DNA of 57,613 nucleotides, filler included, from Callorhinchus milii (lineage: Eukaryota), in NCBI RefSeq assembly GCF_018977255.1. It is 2 parts of 2 records of this genome, joined end to end, with 100 filler letters (N's around TTAATTAATTAA, not from the genome) between each part and the next. Parts side by side here need not be neighbours in the genome. Positions count along the whole stretch, not along the records: positions 28,869 to 57,613 come from NW_024705666.1; 1 more part is not named here. One strand, 5' to 3'. The notes beneath the pieces were generated by a model. That model searched no databases. It worked only from the letters and a program-made list of their open reading frames with translations, and had not been told where the DNA came from. The number at the start of each line of letters is the position of its first letter. Positions within the stretch are counted from its first letter, which is position 1. The position numbers and the translations under genes were made by a program. Of this stretch, positions 44,706-57,613 are shown in pieces.

Positions 44706-47700
44706 GCGGATGGTCAGACAGTGCGGATGGTCAGACAGTGCGCGTGGGCTGACAGAGTGGGGGGTGTGCAGAAATTGCGGAGGTTGAAAAAGTGGGGGGG
44801 GGCAGCAGAGGGCGGATGGTCAGACAGTGCGGATGGTCAGACAGTGCGGACGGTCAGACAGTGCGGATGGTCAGACAGTGCGGACGGTCAGACAGTGCGG
44901 ATGGTCAGGCAGTGCGGACGGTCAGACAGTGCGGACGGTCAGACAGTGCGGACGGTCAGACAGTGCGGACGGTCAGACAGTGCGGATGGTCAGACAGTGC
45001 GGATGGTCAGACAGTGCGGATGGTCAGACAGTGCGGATGGTCAGACAGTGCGGATGGTCAGACAGTGCGGATGGTCAGACAGTGCGGATGGTCAGACAGT
45101 GCGGATGGTCAGACAGTGCGGATGGTCAGACAGTGCGGATGGTCAGACAGTGCGGATGGTCAGACAGTGCGGATGGTCAGACAGTGCGGATGGTCAGACA
45201 GTGCGGATGGTCAGACAGTGCGGATGGTCAGACAGTGCGGATGGTCAGACAGTGCGGATGGTCAGACAGTGCGGATGGTCAGACAGTGCGGATGGTCAGA
45301 CAGTGCGGATGGTCAGACAGTGCGGATGGTCAGACAGTGCGGATGGTCAGACAGTGCGGATGGTCAGACAGTGCGGATGGTCAGACAGTGCGGATGGTCA
45401 GACAGTGCGGATGGTCAGACAGTGCGGATGGTCAGACAGTGCGGATGGTCAGACAGTGCGGATGGTCAGACAGTGCGGATGGTCAGACAGTGCGGATGGT
45501 CAGACAGTGCGGATGGTGCAGACAGTGCGGATGGTCAGACAGTGCGGATGGTCAGACAGTGCGGATGGTGCAGACAGTGCGGATGGTCAGACAGTGCGGA
45601 TGGTCAGACAGTGCGGATGGTCAGACAGTGCGGATGGTCAGACAGTGCGGATGGTCAGACAGTGCGGATGGTCAGACAGTGAGGATGGTCAGACAGTGTG
45701 GATGGTCAGACAGTGCGGTTGGTCAGACAGTACGGATGGTCAGACAGTGCGGATGGTCAGACAGTGCGGATGGTCAGACAGTGCGGATGGTCAGACAGTG
45801 CGGATGGTCAGACAGTGCGGATGGTCAGACAGTGCGGATGGTCAGACAGTGCGGATGGTCAGACAGTGCGGATGGTCAGACAGTGCGGATGGTCAGACAG
45901 TGCGGATGGTCAGACAGTGCGGATGGTCAGACAGTGCGGATGGTCAGACAGTGCGGATGGTCAGACAGTGCGGATGGTCAGACAGTGCGGATGGTCAGAC
46001 AGTGCGGATGGTCAGACAGTGCGGATGGTCAGACAGTGCGGATGGTCAGACAGTGCGGATGGTCAGACAGTGCGGATGGTCAGACAGTGCGGATGGTCAG
46101 ACAGTGCGGATGGTCAGACAGTGCGGATGGTCAGACAGTGCGGATGGTCAGACAGTGCGGATGGTCAGACAGTGCGGATGGTCAGACAGTGCGGATGGTC
46201 AGACAGTGCGGATGGTCAGACAGTGCGGATGGTCAGACAGTGCGGATGGTCAGACAGTGCGGATGGTCAGACAGTGCGGATGGTCAGACAGTGCGGATGG
46301 TCAGACAGTGCGGATGGTCAGACAGTGCGGATGGTCAGACAGTGCGGATGGTCAGACAGTGCGGATGGTCAGACAGTGCGGATGGTCAGACAGTGCGGAT
46401 GGTCAGACAGTGCGGATGGTCAGACAGTGCGGATGGTGCAGACAGTGCGGATGGTCAGACAGTGCGGATGGTCAGACAGTGCGGATGGTCAGACAGTGCG
46501 GATGGTCAGACAGTGCGGATGGTCAGACAGTGCGGATGGTCAGACAGTGCGGATGGTCAGACAGTGCGGATGGTCAGACAGTGCGGATGGTCAGACAGTG
46601 CGGATGGTCAGACAGTGCGGATGGTCAGACAGTGCGGATGGTCAGACAGTGCGGATGGTCAGACAGTGCGGATGGTCAGACAGTGCGGATGGTCAGACAG
46701 TGCGGATGGTCAGACAGTGCGGATGGTCAGACAGTGCGGATGGTCAGACAGTGCGGATGGTCAGACAGTGCGGATGGTCAGACAGTGCGGATGGTCAGAC
46801 AGTGCGGATGGTCAGACAGTGCGGATGGTGCAGACAGTGCGGATGGTGCAGACAGTGCGGATGGTCAGACAGTGCGGATGGTCAGACAGTGCGGATGGTC
46901 AGACAGTGCGGATGGTCAGACAGTGCGGATGGTCAGACAGTGCGGATGGTCAGACAGTGCGGATGGTCAGACAGTGCGGATGGTCAGACAGTGCGGATGG
47001 TCAGACAGTGCGGATGGTCAGACAGTGCGGATGGTCAGACAGTGCGGATGGTCAGACAGTGCGGATGGTCAGACAGTGCGGATGGTCAGACAGTGCGGAT
47101 GGTCAGACAGTGCGGATGGTCAGACAGTGCGGATGGTCAGACAGTGCGGATGGTCAGACAGTGCGGATGGTCAGACAGTGCGGATGGTCAGACAGTGCGG
47201 ATGGTCAGACAGTGCGGATGGTCAGACAGTGCGGATGGTCAGACAGTGCGGATGGTCAGACAGTGCGGATGGTCAGACAGTGCGGATGGTCAGACAGTGC
47301 GGATGGTCAGACAGTGCGGATGGTCAGACAGTGCGGATGGTCAGACAGTGCGGATGGTCAGACAGTGCGGATGGTCAGACAGTGCGGATGGTCAGACAGT
47401 GCGGATGGTCAGACAGTGCGGATGGTCAGACAGTGCGGATGGTCAGACAGTGCGGATGGTCAGACAGTGCGGATGGTCAGACAGTGCGGATGGTCAGACA
47501 GTGCGGATGGTCAGACAGTGCGGATGGTCAGACAGTGCGGATGGTCAGACAGTGCGGATGGTCAGACAGTGCGGATGGTCAGACAGTGCGGATGGTCAGA
47601 CAGTGCGGATGGTCAGACAGTGCGGATGGTGCAGACAGTGCGGATGGTCAGACAGTGCGGATGGTCAGACAGTGCGGATGGTCAGACAGTGCGGATGGTC

Positions 47701-50700
47701 AGACAGTGCGGATGGTCAGACAGTGCGGATGGTCAGACAGTGCGGATGGTCAGACAGTGCGGATGGTCAGACAGTGCGGATGGTCAGACAGTGCGGATGG
47801 TCAGACAGTGCGGATGGTCAGACAGTGCGGATGGTCAGACAGTGCGGATGGTCAGACAGTGCGGATGGTCAGACAGTGCGGATGGTCAGACAGTGCGGAT
47901 GGTCAGACAGTGCGGATGGTCAGACAGTGCGGATGGTCAGACAGTGCGGATGGTCAGACAGTGCGGATGGTCAGACAGTGCGGATGGTCAGACAGTGCGG
48001 ATGGTCAGACAGTGCGGATGGTCAGACAGTGCGGATGGTCAGACAGTGCGGATGGTCAGACAGTGCGGATGGTCAGACAGTGCGGATGGTCAGACAGTGC
48101 GGATGGTCAGACAGTGCGGATGGTCAGACAGTGCGGATGGTCAGACAGTGCGGATGGTCAGACAGTGCGGATGGTCAGACAGTGCGGATGGTCAGACAGT
48201 GCGGATGGTCAGACAGTGCGGATGGTCAGACAGTGCGGATGGTCAGACAGTGCGGATGGTCAGACAGTGCGGATGGTCAGACAGTGCGGATGGTCAGACA
48301 GTGCGGATGGTCAGACAGTGCGGATGGTCAGACAGTGCGGATGGTCAGACAGTGCGGATGGTCAGACAGTGCGGATGGTCAGACAGTGCGGATGGTCAGA
48401 CAGTGCGGATGGTGCAGACAGTGCGGATGGTCAGACAGTGCGGATGGTCAGACAGTGCGGATGGTCAGACAGTGCGGATGGTCAGACAGTGCGGATGGTC
48501 AGACAGTGCGGATGGTCAGACAGTGCGGATGGTCAGACAGTGCGGATGGTCAGACAGTGCGGATGGTCAGACAGTGCGGATGGTCAGACAGTGCGGATGG
48601 TCAGACAGTGCGGATGGTCAGACAGTGCGGATGGTCAGACAGTGCGGATGGTCAGACAGTGCGGATGGTCAGACAGTGCGGATGGTCAGACAGTGCGGAT
48701 GGTCAGAAAGTGCGGATGGTCAGACAGTGCGGATGGTCAGACGGTGCGGATGGTCAGACAGTGCGGATGGTCAGACAGTGCGGATGGTCAGACAGTGCGG
48801 ATGGTCAGACAGTGCGGATGGTCAGACAGTGCGGATGGTGCAGACAGTGCGGATGGTCAGACAGTGCGGATGGTCAGACAGTGCGGATGGTCAGACAGTG
48901 CGGATGGTCAGACAGTGCGGATGGTCAGACAGTGCGGATGGTCAGACAGTGCGGATGGTCAGACAGTGCGGATGGTCAGACAGTGCGGATGGTCAGACAG
49001 TGCGGATGGTCAGACAGTGCGGATGGTCAGACAGTGCGGATGGTCAGACAGTGCGGATGGTCAGACAGTGCGGATGGTCAGACAGTGCGGATGGTGCAGA
49101 GAGTGCGGATGGTCAGACAGTGCGAATGGTCAGACAGTGCGGAGGGTCAGACAGTGCGGATGGTCGGACAGTGCGGATGGTCAGACAGTGCGGATGGTCA
49201 GACAGTGCGGATGGTCAGACAGTGCGGATGGTCAGACAGTGCGGATGGTCAGACAGTGCGGATGGTCAGACAGTGCGGATGGTCAGACAGTGCGGATGGT
49301 CAGACAGTGCGGATGGTCAGACAGTGCGGATGGTCAGACAGTGCGGATGGTCAGACAGTGCGGATGGTCAGACAGTGCGGATGTTGCAGACAGTGCGGAT
49401 GGTCAGACAGTGCGGATGGTCAGACAGTGCGGATGGTCAGACAGTGCGGATGGTCAGACAGTGCGGATGGTCAGACAGTGCGGATGGTGCAGACAGTGCG
49501 GATGGTCAGACAGTGCGGATGGTCAGACAGTGCGGATGGTCAGACAGTGCGGATGGTCAGACAGTGCGGATGGTCAGACAGTGCGGATGGTCAGACAGTG
49601 CGGATGGTCAGACAGTGCGGATGGTCAGACAGTGCCGATCGTCAGACAGTGCGGATAGTCAGACAGTGCGGATTGTCAGACAGTGCGGATGGTCGGACAG
49701 TGCGGATGGTGCAGACAGTGCGGATGGTCAGACAGTGCGGATGGTCAGACAGTGCGGATGGTCAGACAGTGCGGATGGTCAGACAGTGCGGATGGTCAGA
49801 CAGTGCGGATGGTCAGACAGTGCGGATGGTCAGACAGTGCGGATGGTGCAGACAGTGCGGATGGTCAGACAGTGCGGATGGTCAGACAGTGCGGATGGTC
49901 AGACAGTGCGGATGGTCAGACAGTGCGGATGGTGCAGACAGTGCGGATGGTCAGACAGTGCGGATGGTCAGACAGTGCGGATGGTCAGACAGTGCGGATG
50001 GTCAGACAGTGCGGATGGTCAGACAGTGCGGATGGTCAGACAGTGCGGATGGTCAGACAGTGCGGATGGTCAGACAGTGCGGATGGTCAGACAGTGCGGA
50101 TGGTCAGACAGTGCGGATGGTCAGACAGTGCGGATGGTCAGTGGCAGTGGGTGCAGACAGTGCGGATGGTCAGACAGTGCGGATGGTGCAGACAGTGCGG
50201 ATGGTCAGACAGTGCGGATGGTCAGACAGTGCGGATGGTCAGACAGTGCGGATGGTCAGACAGTGCGGATGGTCAGACAGTGCGGATGGTCAGACAGTGC
50301 GGATGGTCAGACAGTGCGGATGGTCAGACAGTGCGGATGGTCAGACAGTGCGGATGGTCAGACAGTGCGGATGGTCAGACAGTGCGGATGGTCAGACAGT
50401 GCGGATGGTCAGACAGTGCGGATGGTCAGACAGTGCGGATGGTCAGACAGTGCGGATGGTCAGACAGTGCGGATGGTCAGACAGTGCGGATGGTCAGACA
50501 GTGCGGATGGTCAGACAGTGCGGATGGTCAGACAGTGCGGATGGTGCAGAGAGTGCGGATGGTCAGACAGTGCGAATGGTCAGACAGTGGCGGATGGTCA
50601 GACAGTGCGGATGGTCAGACAGTGCGGATGGTCAGACAGTGCGGATGGTCAGACAGTGCGGATGGTCAGACAGTGCGGATGGTCAGACAGTGCGGATGGT

Positions 50701-53700
50701 CAGACAGTGCGGATGGTCAGACAGTGCGGATGGTCAGACAGTGCGGATGGTCAGACAGTGCGGATGGTCAGACAGTGCGGATGGTCAGACAGTGCGGATG
50801 GTCAGACAGTGCGGATGGTGCAGACAGTGCGGATGGTCAGACAGTGCGGATGGTCAGACAGTGCGGATGGTCAGACAGTGCGGATGGTCAGACAGTGCGG
50901 ATGGTCAGACAGTGCGGATGGTCAGACAGTGCGGATGGTCAGACAGTGCGGATGGTCAGACAGTGCGGATGGTCAGACAGTGCGGATGGTCAGACAGTGC
51001 GGATGGTCAGACAGTGCGGATGGTCAGACAGTGCGGATGGTCAGACAGTGCGGATGGTCAGACAGTGCGGATGGTCAGACAGTGCGGATGGTCAGACAGT
51101 GCGGATGGTCAGACAGTGCGGATGGTCAGACAGTGCGGATGGTCAGACAGTGCGGATGGTCAGACAGTGCGGATGGTCAGACAGTGCGGATGGTCAGACA
51201 GTGCGGATGGTCAGACAGTGCGGTTGGTCAGACAGTGCGGATGGTCAGACAGTGCCGATGGTCAGACAGTGCGGGTGTAGTTAGTGCGGATGGTCAGACA
51301 GTGCGGATGGTCAGACAGTGCGGATGGTCAGACAGTGCGGATGGTCAGACAGTGCGGATGGTCAGACAGTGCGGATGGTCAGACAGTGCGGATGGTCAGA
51401 CAGTGCGGATGGTGCAGACAGTGCGGATGGTCAGACAGTGCGGATGGTCAGACAGTGCGGATGGTCAGACAGTGCGGATGGTCAGACAGTGCGGATGGTC
51501 AGACAGTGCGGATGGTCAGACAGTGCGGATGGTCAGACAGTGCGGATTGTCAGACAGTGCGGATGGTCAGACAGTGCGGATGGTTAGACAGTGCGGATGG
51601 TCAGACAGTGCGGATGGTCAGACAGTGCGGATGGTCAGACAGTGCGGATGGTCAGACAGTGCGGATGGTCAGACAGTGCGGATGGTCAGACAGTGCGGAT
51701 GGTCAGACAGTGCGGATGGTCAGACAGTGCGGATGGTCAGACAGTGCGGATGGTCAGACAGTGCGGATGGTCAGACAGTGCGGATGGTCAGACAGTGCGG
51801 ATGGTCAGACAGTGCGGATGGTCAGACAGTGCGGATGGTCAGACAGTGCGGATGGTCAGACAGTGCGGATGGTCAGACAGTGCGGATGGTCAGACAGTGC
51901 GGATGGTCAGACAGTGCGGATGGTCAGACAGTGCGGATGGTCAGACAGTGCGGATGGTCAGACAGTGCGGATGGTCAGACAGTGCGGATGGTCAGACAGT
52001 GCGGATGGTCAGACAGTGCGGATGGTCAGACAGTGCGGATGGTCAGACAGTGCGGATGGTCAGACAGTGCGGATGGTCAGACAGTGCGGATGGTCAGACA
52101 GTGCGGATGGTCAGACAGTGCGGATGGTGCAGACAGTGCGGATGGTCAGACAGTGCGGATGGTCAGACAGTGCGGATGGTCAGACAGTGCGGATGGTCAG
52201 ACAGTGCGGATGGTCAGACAGTGCGGATGGTCAGACAGTGCGGATGGTCAGACAGTGCGGATGGTCAGACAGTGCGGATGGTCAGACAGTGCGGATGGTC
52301 AGACAGTGCGGATGGTCAGACAGTGCGGATGGTCAGACAGTGCGGATGGTCAGACAGTGCGGATGGTCAGACAGTGCGGATGGTCAGACAGTGCGGATGG
52401 TCAGACAGTGCGGATGGTCAGACAGTGCGGATGGTCAGACAGTGCGGATGGTCAGACAGTGCGGATGGTCAGACAGTGCGGATGGTCAGACAGTGCGGAT
52501 GGTCAGACAGTGCGGATGGTCAGACAGTGCGGATGGTCAGACAGTGCGGATGGTCAGACAGTGCGGATGGTCAGACAGTGCGGATGGTCAGACAGTGCGG
52601 ATGGTCAGACAGTGCGGATGGTCAGACAGTGCGGATGGTCAGACAGTGCGGATGGTCAGACAGTGCGGATGGTCAGACAGTGCGGATGGTCAGACAGTGC
52701 GGATGGTCAGACAGTGCGGATGGTCAGACAGTGCGGATGGTCAGACAGTGCGGATGGTCAGACAGTGCGGATGGTCAGACAGTGCGGATGGTCAGACAGT
52801 GCGGATGGTCAGACAGTGCGGATGGTCAGACAGTGCGGATGGTCAGACAGTGCGGATGGTCAGACAGTGCGGATGGTCAGACAGTGCGGATGGTCAGACA
52901 GTGCGGATGGTCAGACAGTGCGGATGGTCAGACAGTGCGGATGGTCAGACAGTGCGGATGGTCAGACAGTGCGGATGGTCAGACAGTGCGGATGGTCAGA
53001 CAGTGCGGATGGTCAGACAGTGCGGATGGTCAGACAGTGCGGATGGTCAGACAGTGCGGATGGTCAGACAGTGCGGATGGTCAGACAGTGCGGATGGTCA
53101 GACAGTGCGGATGGTCAGACAGTGCGGATGGTCAGACAGTGCGGATGGTGCAGACAGTGCGGATGGTCAGACAGTGCGGATGGTCAGACAGTGCGGATGG
53201 TCAGACAGTGCGGATGGTCAGACAGTGCGGATGGTCAGACAGTGCGGATGGTCAGACAGTGCGGATGGTCAGACAGTGCGGATGGTCAGACAGTGCGGAT
53301 GGTCAGACAGTGCGGATGGTCAGACAGTGCGGATGGTCAGACAGTGCGGATGGTCAGACAGTGCGGATGGTCAGACAGTGCGGATGGTCAGACAGTGCGG
53401 ATGGTCAGACAGTGCGGATGGTGCAGACAGTGCGGATGGTCAGACAGTGCGGATGGTCAGACAGTGCGGATGGTCAGACAGTGCGGATGGTCAGACAGTG
53501 CGGATGGTGCAGACAGTGCGGATGGTCAGACAGTGCGGATGGTCAGACAGTGCGGATGGTCAGACAGTGCGGATGGTCAGACAGTGCGGATGGTCAGACA
53601 GTGCGGATGGTCAGACAGTGCGGATGGTCAGACAGTGCGGATGGTCAGACAGTGCGGATGGTCAGACAGTGCGGATGGTGCAGACAGTGCGGATGGTCAG

Positions 53701-54205
53701 ACAGTGCGGATGGTCAGACAGTGCGGATGGTCAGACAGTGCGGATGGTCAGACAGTGCGGATGGTCAGACAGTGCGGATGGTCAGACAGTGCGGATGGTC
53801 AGACAGTGCGGATGGTCAGACAGTGCGGATGGTCAGACAGTGCGGATGGTCAGACAGTGCGGATGGTCAGACAGTGCGGATGGTCAGACAGTGCGGATGG
53901 TCAGACAGTGCGGATGGTCAGACAGTGCGGATGGTCAGACAGTGCGGATGGTCAGACAGTGCGGATGGTCAGACAGTGCGGATGGTCAGACAGTGCGGAT
54001 GGTCAGACAGTGCGGATGGTCAGACAGTGCGGATGGTCAGACAGTGCGGATGGTCAGACAGTGCGGATGGTCAGACAGTGCGGATGGTCAGACAGTGCGG
54101 ATGGTCAGACAGTGCGGATGGTCAGACAGTGCGGATGGTCAGACAGTGCGGATGGTCAGACAGTGCGGATGGTCAGACAGTGCGGATGGTCAGACAGTGC
54201 GGATG
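44706..54205 (+). repeat. 17-bp satellite, block 3
   Basis: About 555 units, more variants, degenerate patch at about 44742-44812. Confidence 0.98.
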
Positions 54206-54237
54206 TTGCACCCGCCTTCACACGCACCCCAATGGTT

Positions 54238-57200
54238 ACCATCCGCACTGTCTGACCATCCGCACTGTCTGACCATCCGCACTGTCTGACCATCCGCACT
54301 GTCTGACCATCCGCACTGTCTGACCATCCGCACTGTCTGACCATCCGCACTGTCTGACCATCCGCACTGTCTGACCATCCGCACTGTCTGACCATCCGCA
54401 CTGTCTGACCATCCGCACTGTCTGACCATCCGCACTGTCTGACCATCCGCACTGTCTGACCATCCGCACTGTCTGACCATCCGCACTGTCTGACCATCCG
54501 CACTGTCTGACCATCCGCACTGTCTGACCATCCGCACTGTCTGACCATCCGCACTGTCTGACCATCCGCACTGTCTGACCATCCGCACTGTCTGACCATC
54601 CGCACTGTCTGACCATCCGCACTGTCTGACCATCCGCACTGTCTGACCATCCGCACTGTCTGACCATCCGCACTGTCTGACCATCCGCACTGTCTGACCA
54701 TCCGCACTGTCTGACCATCCGCACTGTCTGACCATCCGCACTGTCTGACCATCCGCACTGTCTGACCATCCGCACTGTCTGACCATCCGCACTGTCTGAC
54801 CATCCGCACTGTCTGACCATCCGCACTGTCTGACCATCCGCACTGTCTGACCATCCGCACTGTCTGACCATCCGCACTGTCTGACCATCCGCACTGTCTG
54901 ACCATCCGCACTGTCTGACCATCCGCACTGTCTGACCATCCGCACTGTCTGACCATCCGCACTGTCTGACCATCCGCACTGTCTGACCATCCGCACTGTC
55001 TGACCATCCGCACTGTCTGACCATCCGCACTGTCTGACCATCCGCACTGTCTGACCATCCGCACTGTCTGACCATCCGCACTGTCTGACCATCCGCACTG
55101 TCTGACCATCCGCACTGTCTGACCATCCGCACTGTCTGACCATCCGCACTGTCTGCACCATCCGCACTGTCTGACCATCCGCACTGTCTGACCATCCGCA
55201 CTGTCTGACCATCCGCACTGTCTGACCATCCGCACTGTCTGACCATCCGCACTGTCTGACCATCCGCACTGTCTGACCATCCGCACTGTCTGACCATCCG
55301 CACTGTCTGACCATCCGCACTGTCTGACCATCCGCACTGTCTGACCATCCGCACTGTCTGACCATCCGCACTGTCTGACCATCCGCACTGTCTGACCATC
55401 CGCACTGTCTGACCATCCGCACTGTCTGACCATCCGCACTGTCTGACCATCCGCACTGTCTGACCATCCGCACTGTCTGACCATCCGCACTGTCTGACCA
55501 TCCGCACTGTCTGACCATCCGCACTGTCTGACCATCCGCACTGTCTGCACCATCCGCACTGTCTGACCATCCGCACTGTCTGACCATCCGCACTGTCTGA
55601 CCATCCGCACTGTCTGACCATCCGCACTGTCTGACCATCCGCACTGTCTGACCATCCGCACTGTCTGACCATCCGCACTGTCTGACCATCCGCACTGTCT
55701 GACCATCCGCACTGTCTGACCATCCGCACTGTCTGACCATCCGCACTGTCTGACCATCCGCACTGTCTGACCATCCGCACTGTCTGACCATCCGCACTGT
55801 CTGACCATCCGCACTGTCTGACCATCCGCACTGTCTGACCATCCGCACTGTCTGACCATCCGCACTGTCTGACCATCCGCACTGTCTGACCATCCGCACT
55901 GTCTGACCATCCGCACTGTCTGACCATCCGCACTGTCTGACCATCCGCACTGTCTGACCATCCGCACTGTCTGACCATCCGCACTGTCTGACCATCCGCA
56001 CTGTCTGACCATCCGCACTGTCTGACCATCCGCACTGTCTGACCATCCGCACTGTCTGACCATCCGCACTGTCTGACCATCCGCACTGTCTGACCATCCG
56101 CACTGTCTGACCATCCGCACTGTCTGACCATCCGCACTGTCTGACCATCCGCACTGTCTGACCATCCGCACTGTCTGACCATCCGCACTGTCTGACCATC
56201 CGCACTGTCTGACCATCCGCACTGTCTGACCATCCGCACTGTCTGACCATCCGCACTGTCTGACCATCCGCACTGTCTGACCATCCGCACTGTCTGACCA
56301 TCCGCACTGTCTGACCATCCGCACTGTCTGACCATCCGCACTGTCTGACCATCCGCACTGTCTGCACCATCCGCACTGTCTGACCATCCGCACTGTCTGA
56401 CCATCCGCACTGTCTGACCATCCGCACTGTCTGACCATCCGCACTGTCTGACCATCCGCACTGTCTGACCATCCGCACTGTCTGACCATCCGCACTGTCT
56501 GACCATCCGCACTGTCTGACCATCCGCACTGTCTGACCATCCGCACTGTCTGACCATCCGCACTGTCTGACCATCCGCACTGTCTGACCATCCGCACTGT
56601 CTGACCATCCGCACTGTCTGACCATCCGCACTGTCTGACCATCCGCACTGTCTGACCATCCGCACTGTCTGACCATCCGCACTGTCTGACCATCCGCACT
56701 GTCTGACCATCCGCACTGTCTGACCATCCGCACTGTCTGACCATCCGCACTGTCTGACCATCCGCACTGTCTGACCATCCGCACTGTCTGACCATCCGCA
56801 CTGTCTGACCATCCGCACTGTCTGACCATCCGCACTGTCTGACCATCCGCACTGTCTGACCATCCGCACTGTCTGACCATCCGCACTGTCTGACCATCCG
56901 CACTGTCTGACCATCCGCACTGTCTGACCATCCGCACTGTCTGACCATCCGCACTGTCTGACCATCCGCACTGTCTGACCATCCGCACTGTCTGACCATC
57001 CGCACTGTCTGACCATCCGCACTGTCTGCACCATCCGCACTGTCTGACCATCCGCACTGTCTGACCATCCGCACTGTCTGACCATCCGCACTGTCTGACC
57101 ATCCGCACTGTCTGACCATCCGCACTGTCTGCACCATCCGCACTGTCTGACCATCCGCACTGTCTGACCATCCGCACTGTCTGACCATCCGCACTGTCTG

Positions 57201-57613
57201 ACCATCCGCACTGTCTGACCATCCGCACTGTCTGACCATCCGCACTGTCTGACCATCCGCACTGTCTGACCATCCGCACTGTCTGACCATCCGCACTGTC
57301 TGACCATCCGCACTGTCTGACCATCCGCACTGTCTGACCATCCGCACTGTCTGACCATCCGCACTGTCTGACCACCCGCACTGTCTGACCATCCGCACTG
57401 TCTGACCATCCGCACTGTCTGACCATCCGCACTGTCTGCACCATCCGCACTGTCTGACCATCCGCACTGTCTGACCATCCGCACTGTCTGACCATCCGCA
57501 CTGTCTGACCATCCGCACTGTCTGACCATCCGCACTGTCTGACCATCCGCACTGTCTGACCATCCGCACTGTCTGACCATCCGCACTGTCTGACCATCCG
57601 CACTGTCTGACCA
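54238..57613 (-). repeat. 17-bp satellite, block 4 (inverted)
   Basis: About 198 units to the window end. Confidence 0.98.

Noticed and set aside
44742..44812. Unique insert within the satellite
   Set aside because: In-register degenerate units next to a gap; most likely low-quality contig-end sequence
28879..57603. Giant ORFs of 500-4000 aa (MVRQCGWSDSADGQTVR repeats)
   Set aside because: The 17-mer has no stop on one strand, so all three frames stay open and give the same 17-aa repeat; no coding signal
28869..57613. CRISPR array or CENP-B box interpretation of the 17-bp unit
   Set aside because: No unique spacers or cas genes, and the context is eukaryotic; the unit does not match the CENP-B box consensus despite equal length

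Overview
Vertebrate genomic DNA, probably a cartilaginous fish (inferred from tRNA-derived DeuSINE-like SINEs, CR1/L2 LINE fragments and degenerate TAACCC arrays). Bases 1-28768 hold a cluster of 5-exon alpha-tubulin genes. Gene A is on the minus strand (4598-818) and intact at 453 aa. Gene B is on the plus strand (11843-17356) with one +1 G in a homopolymer. Gene C is on the plus strand (19284-24277), strongly diverged, with one frameshift. Gene D is on the plus strand from 26443 and is cut by a gap after exon 2. A decayed orphan exon 5 lies at about 8660-8856. The introns and intergenic DNA are full of SINEs, LINE fragments and many distinct minisatellites. An artificial 100-bp spacer (44 N + TTAATTAATTAA + 44 N, 28769-28868) separates this from about 28.7 kb of a very homogeneous 17-bp satellite (TGGTCAGACAGTGCGGA) arranged as two fold-back blocks. 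The giant ORFs in the satellite are artefacts. Most interesting: a divergent, tyrosine-less alpha-tubulin lineage with RFX X-box-like promoter motifs; an inverted two-gene duplication with a gene-conversion tract; minisatellites built from SINE tRNA heads; and strand switches in the satellite. I found no convincing wholly new biological system.
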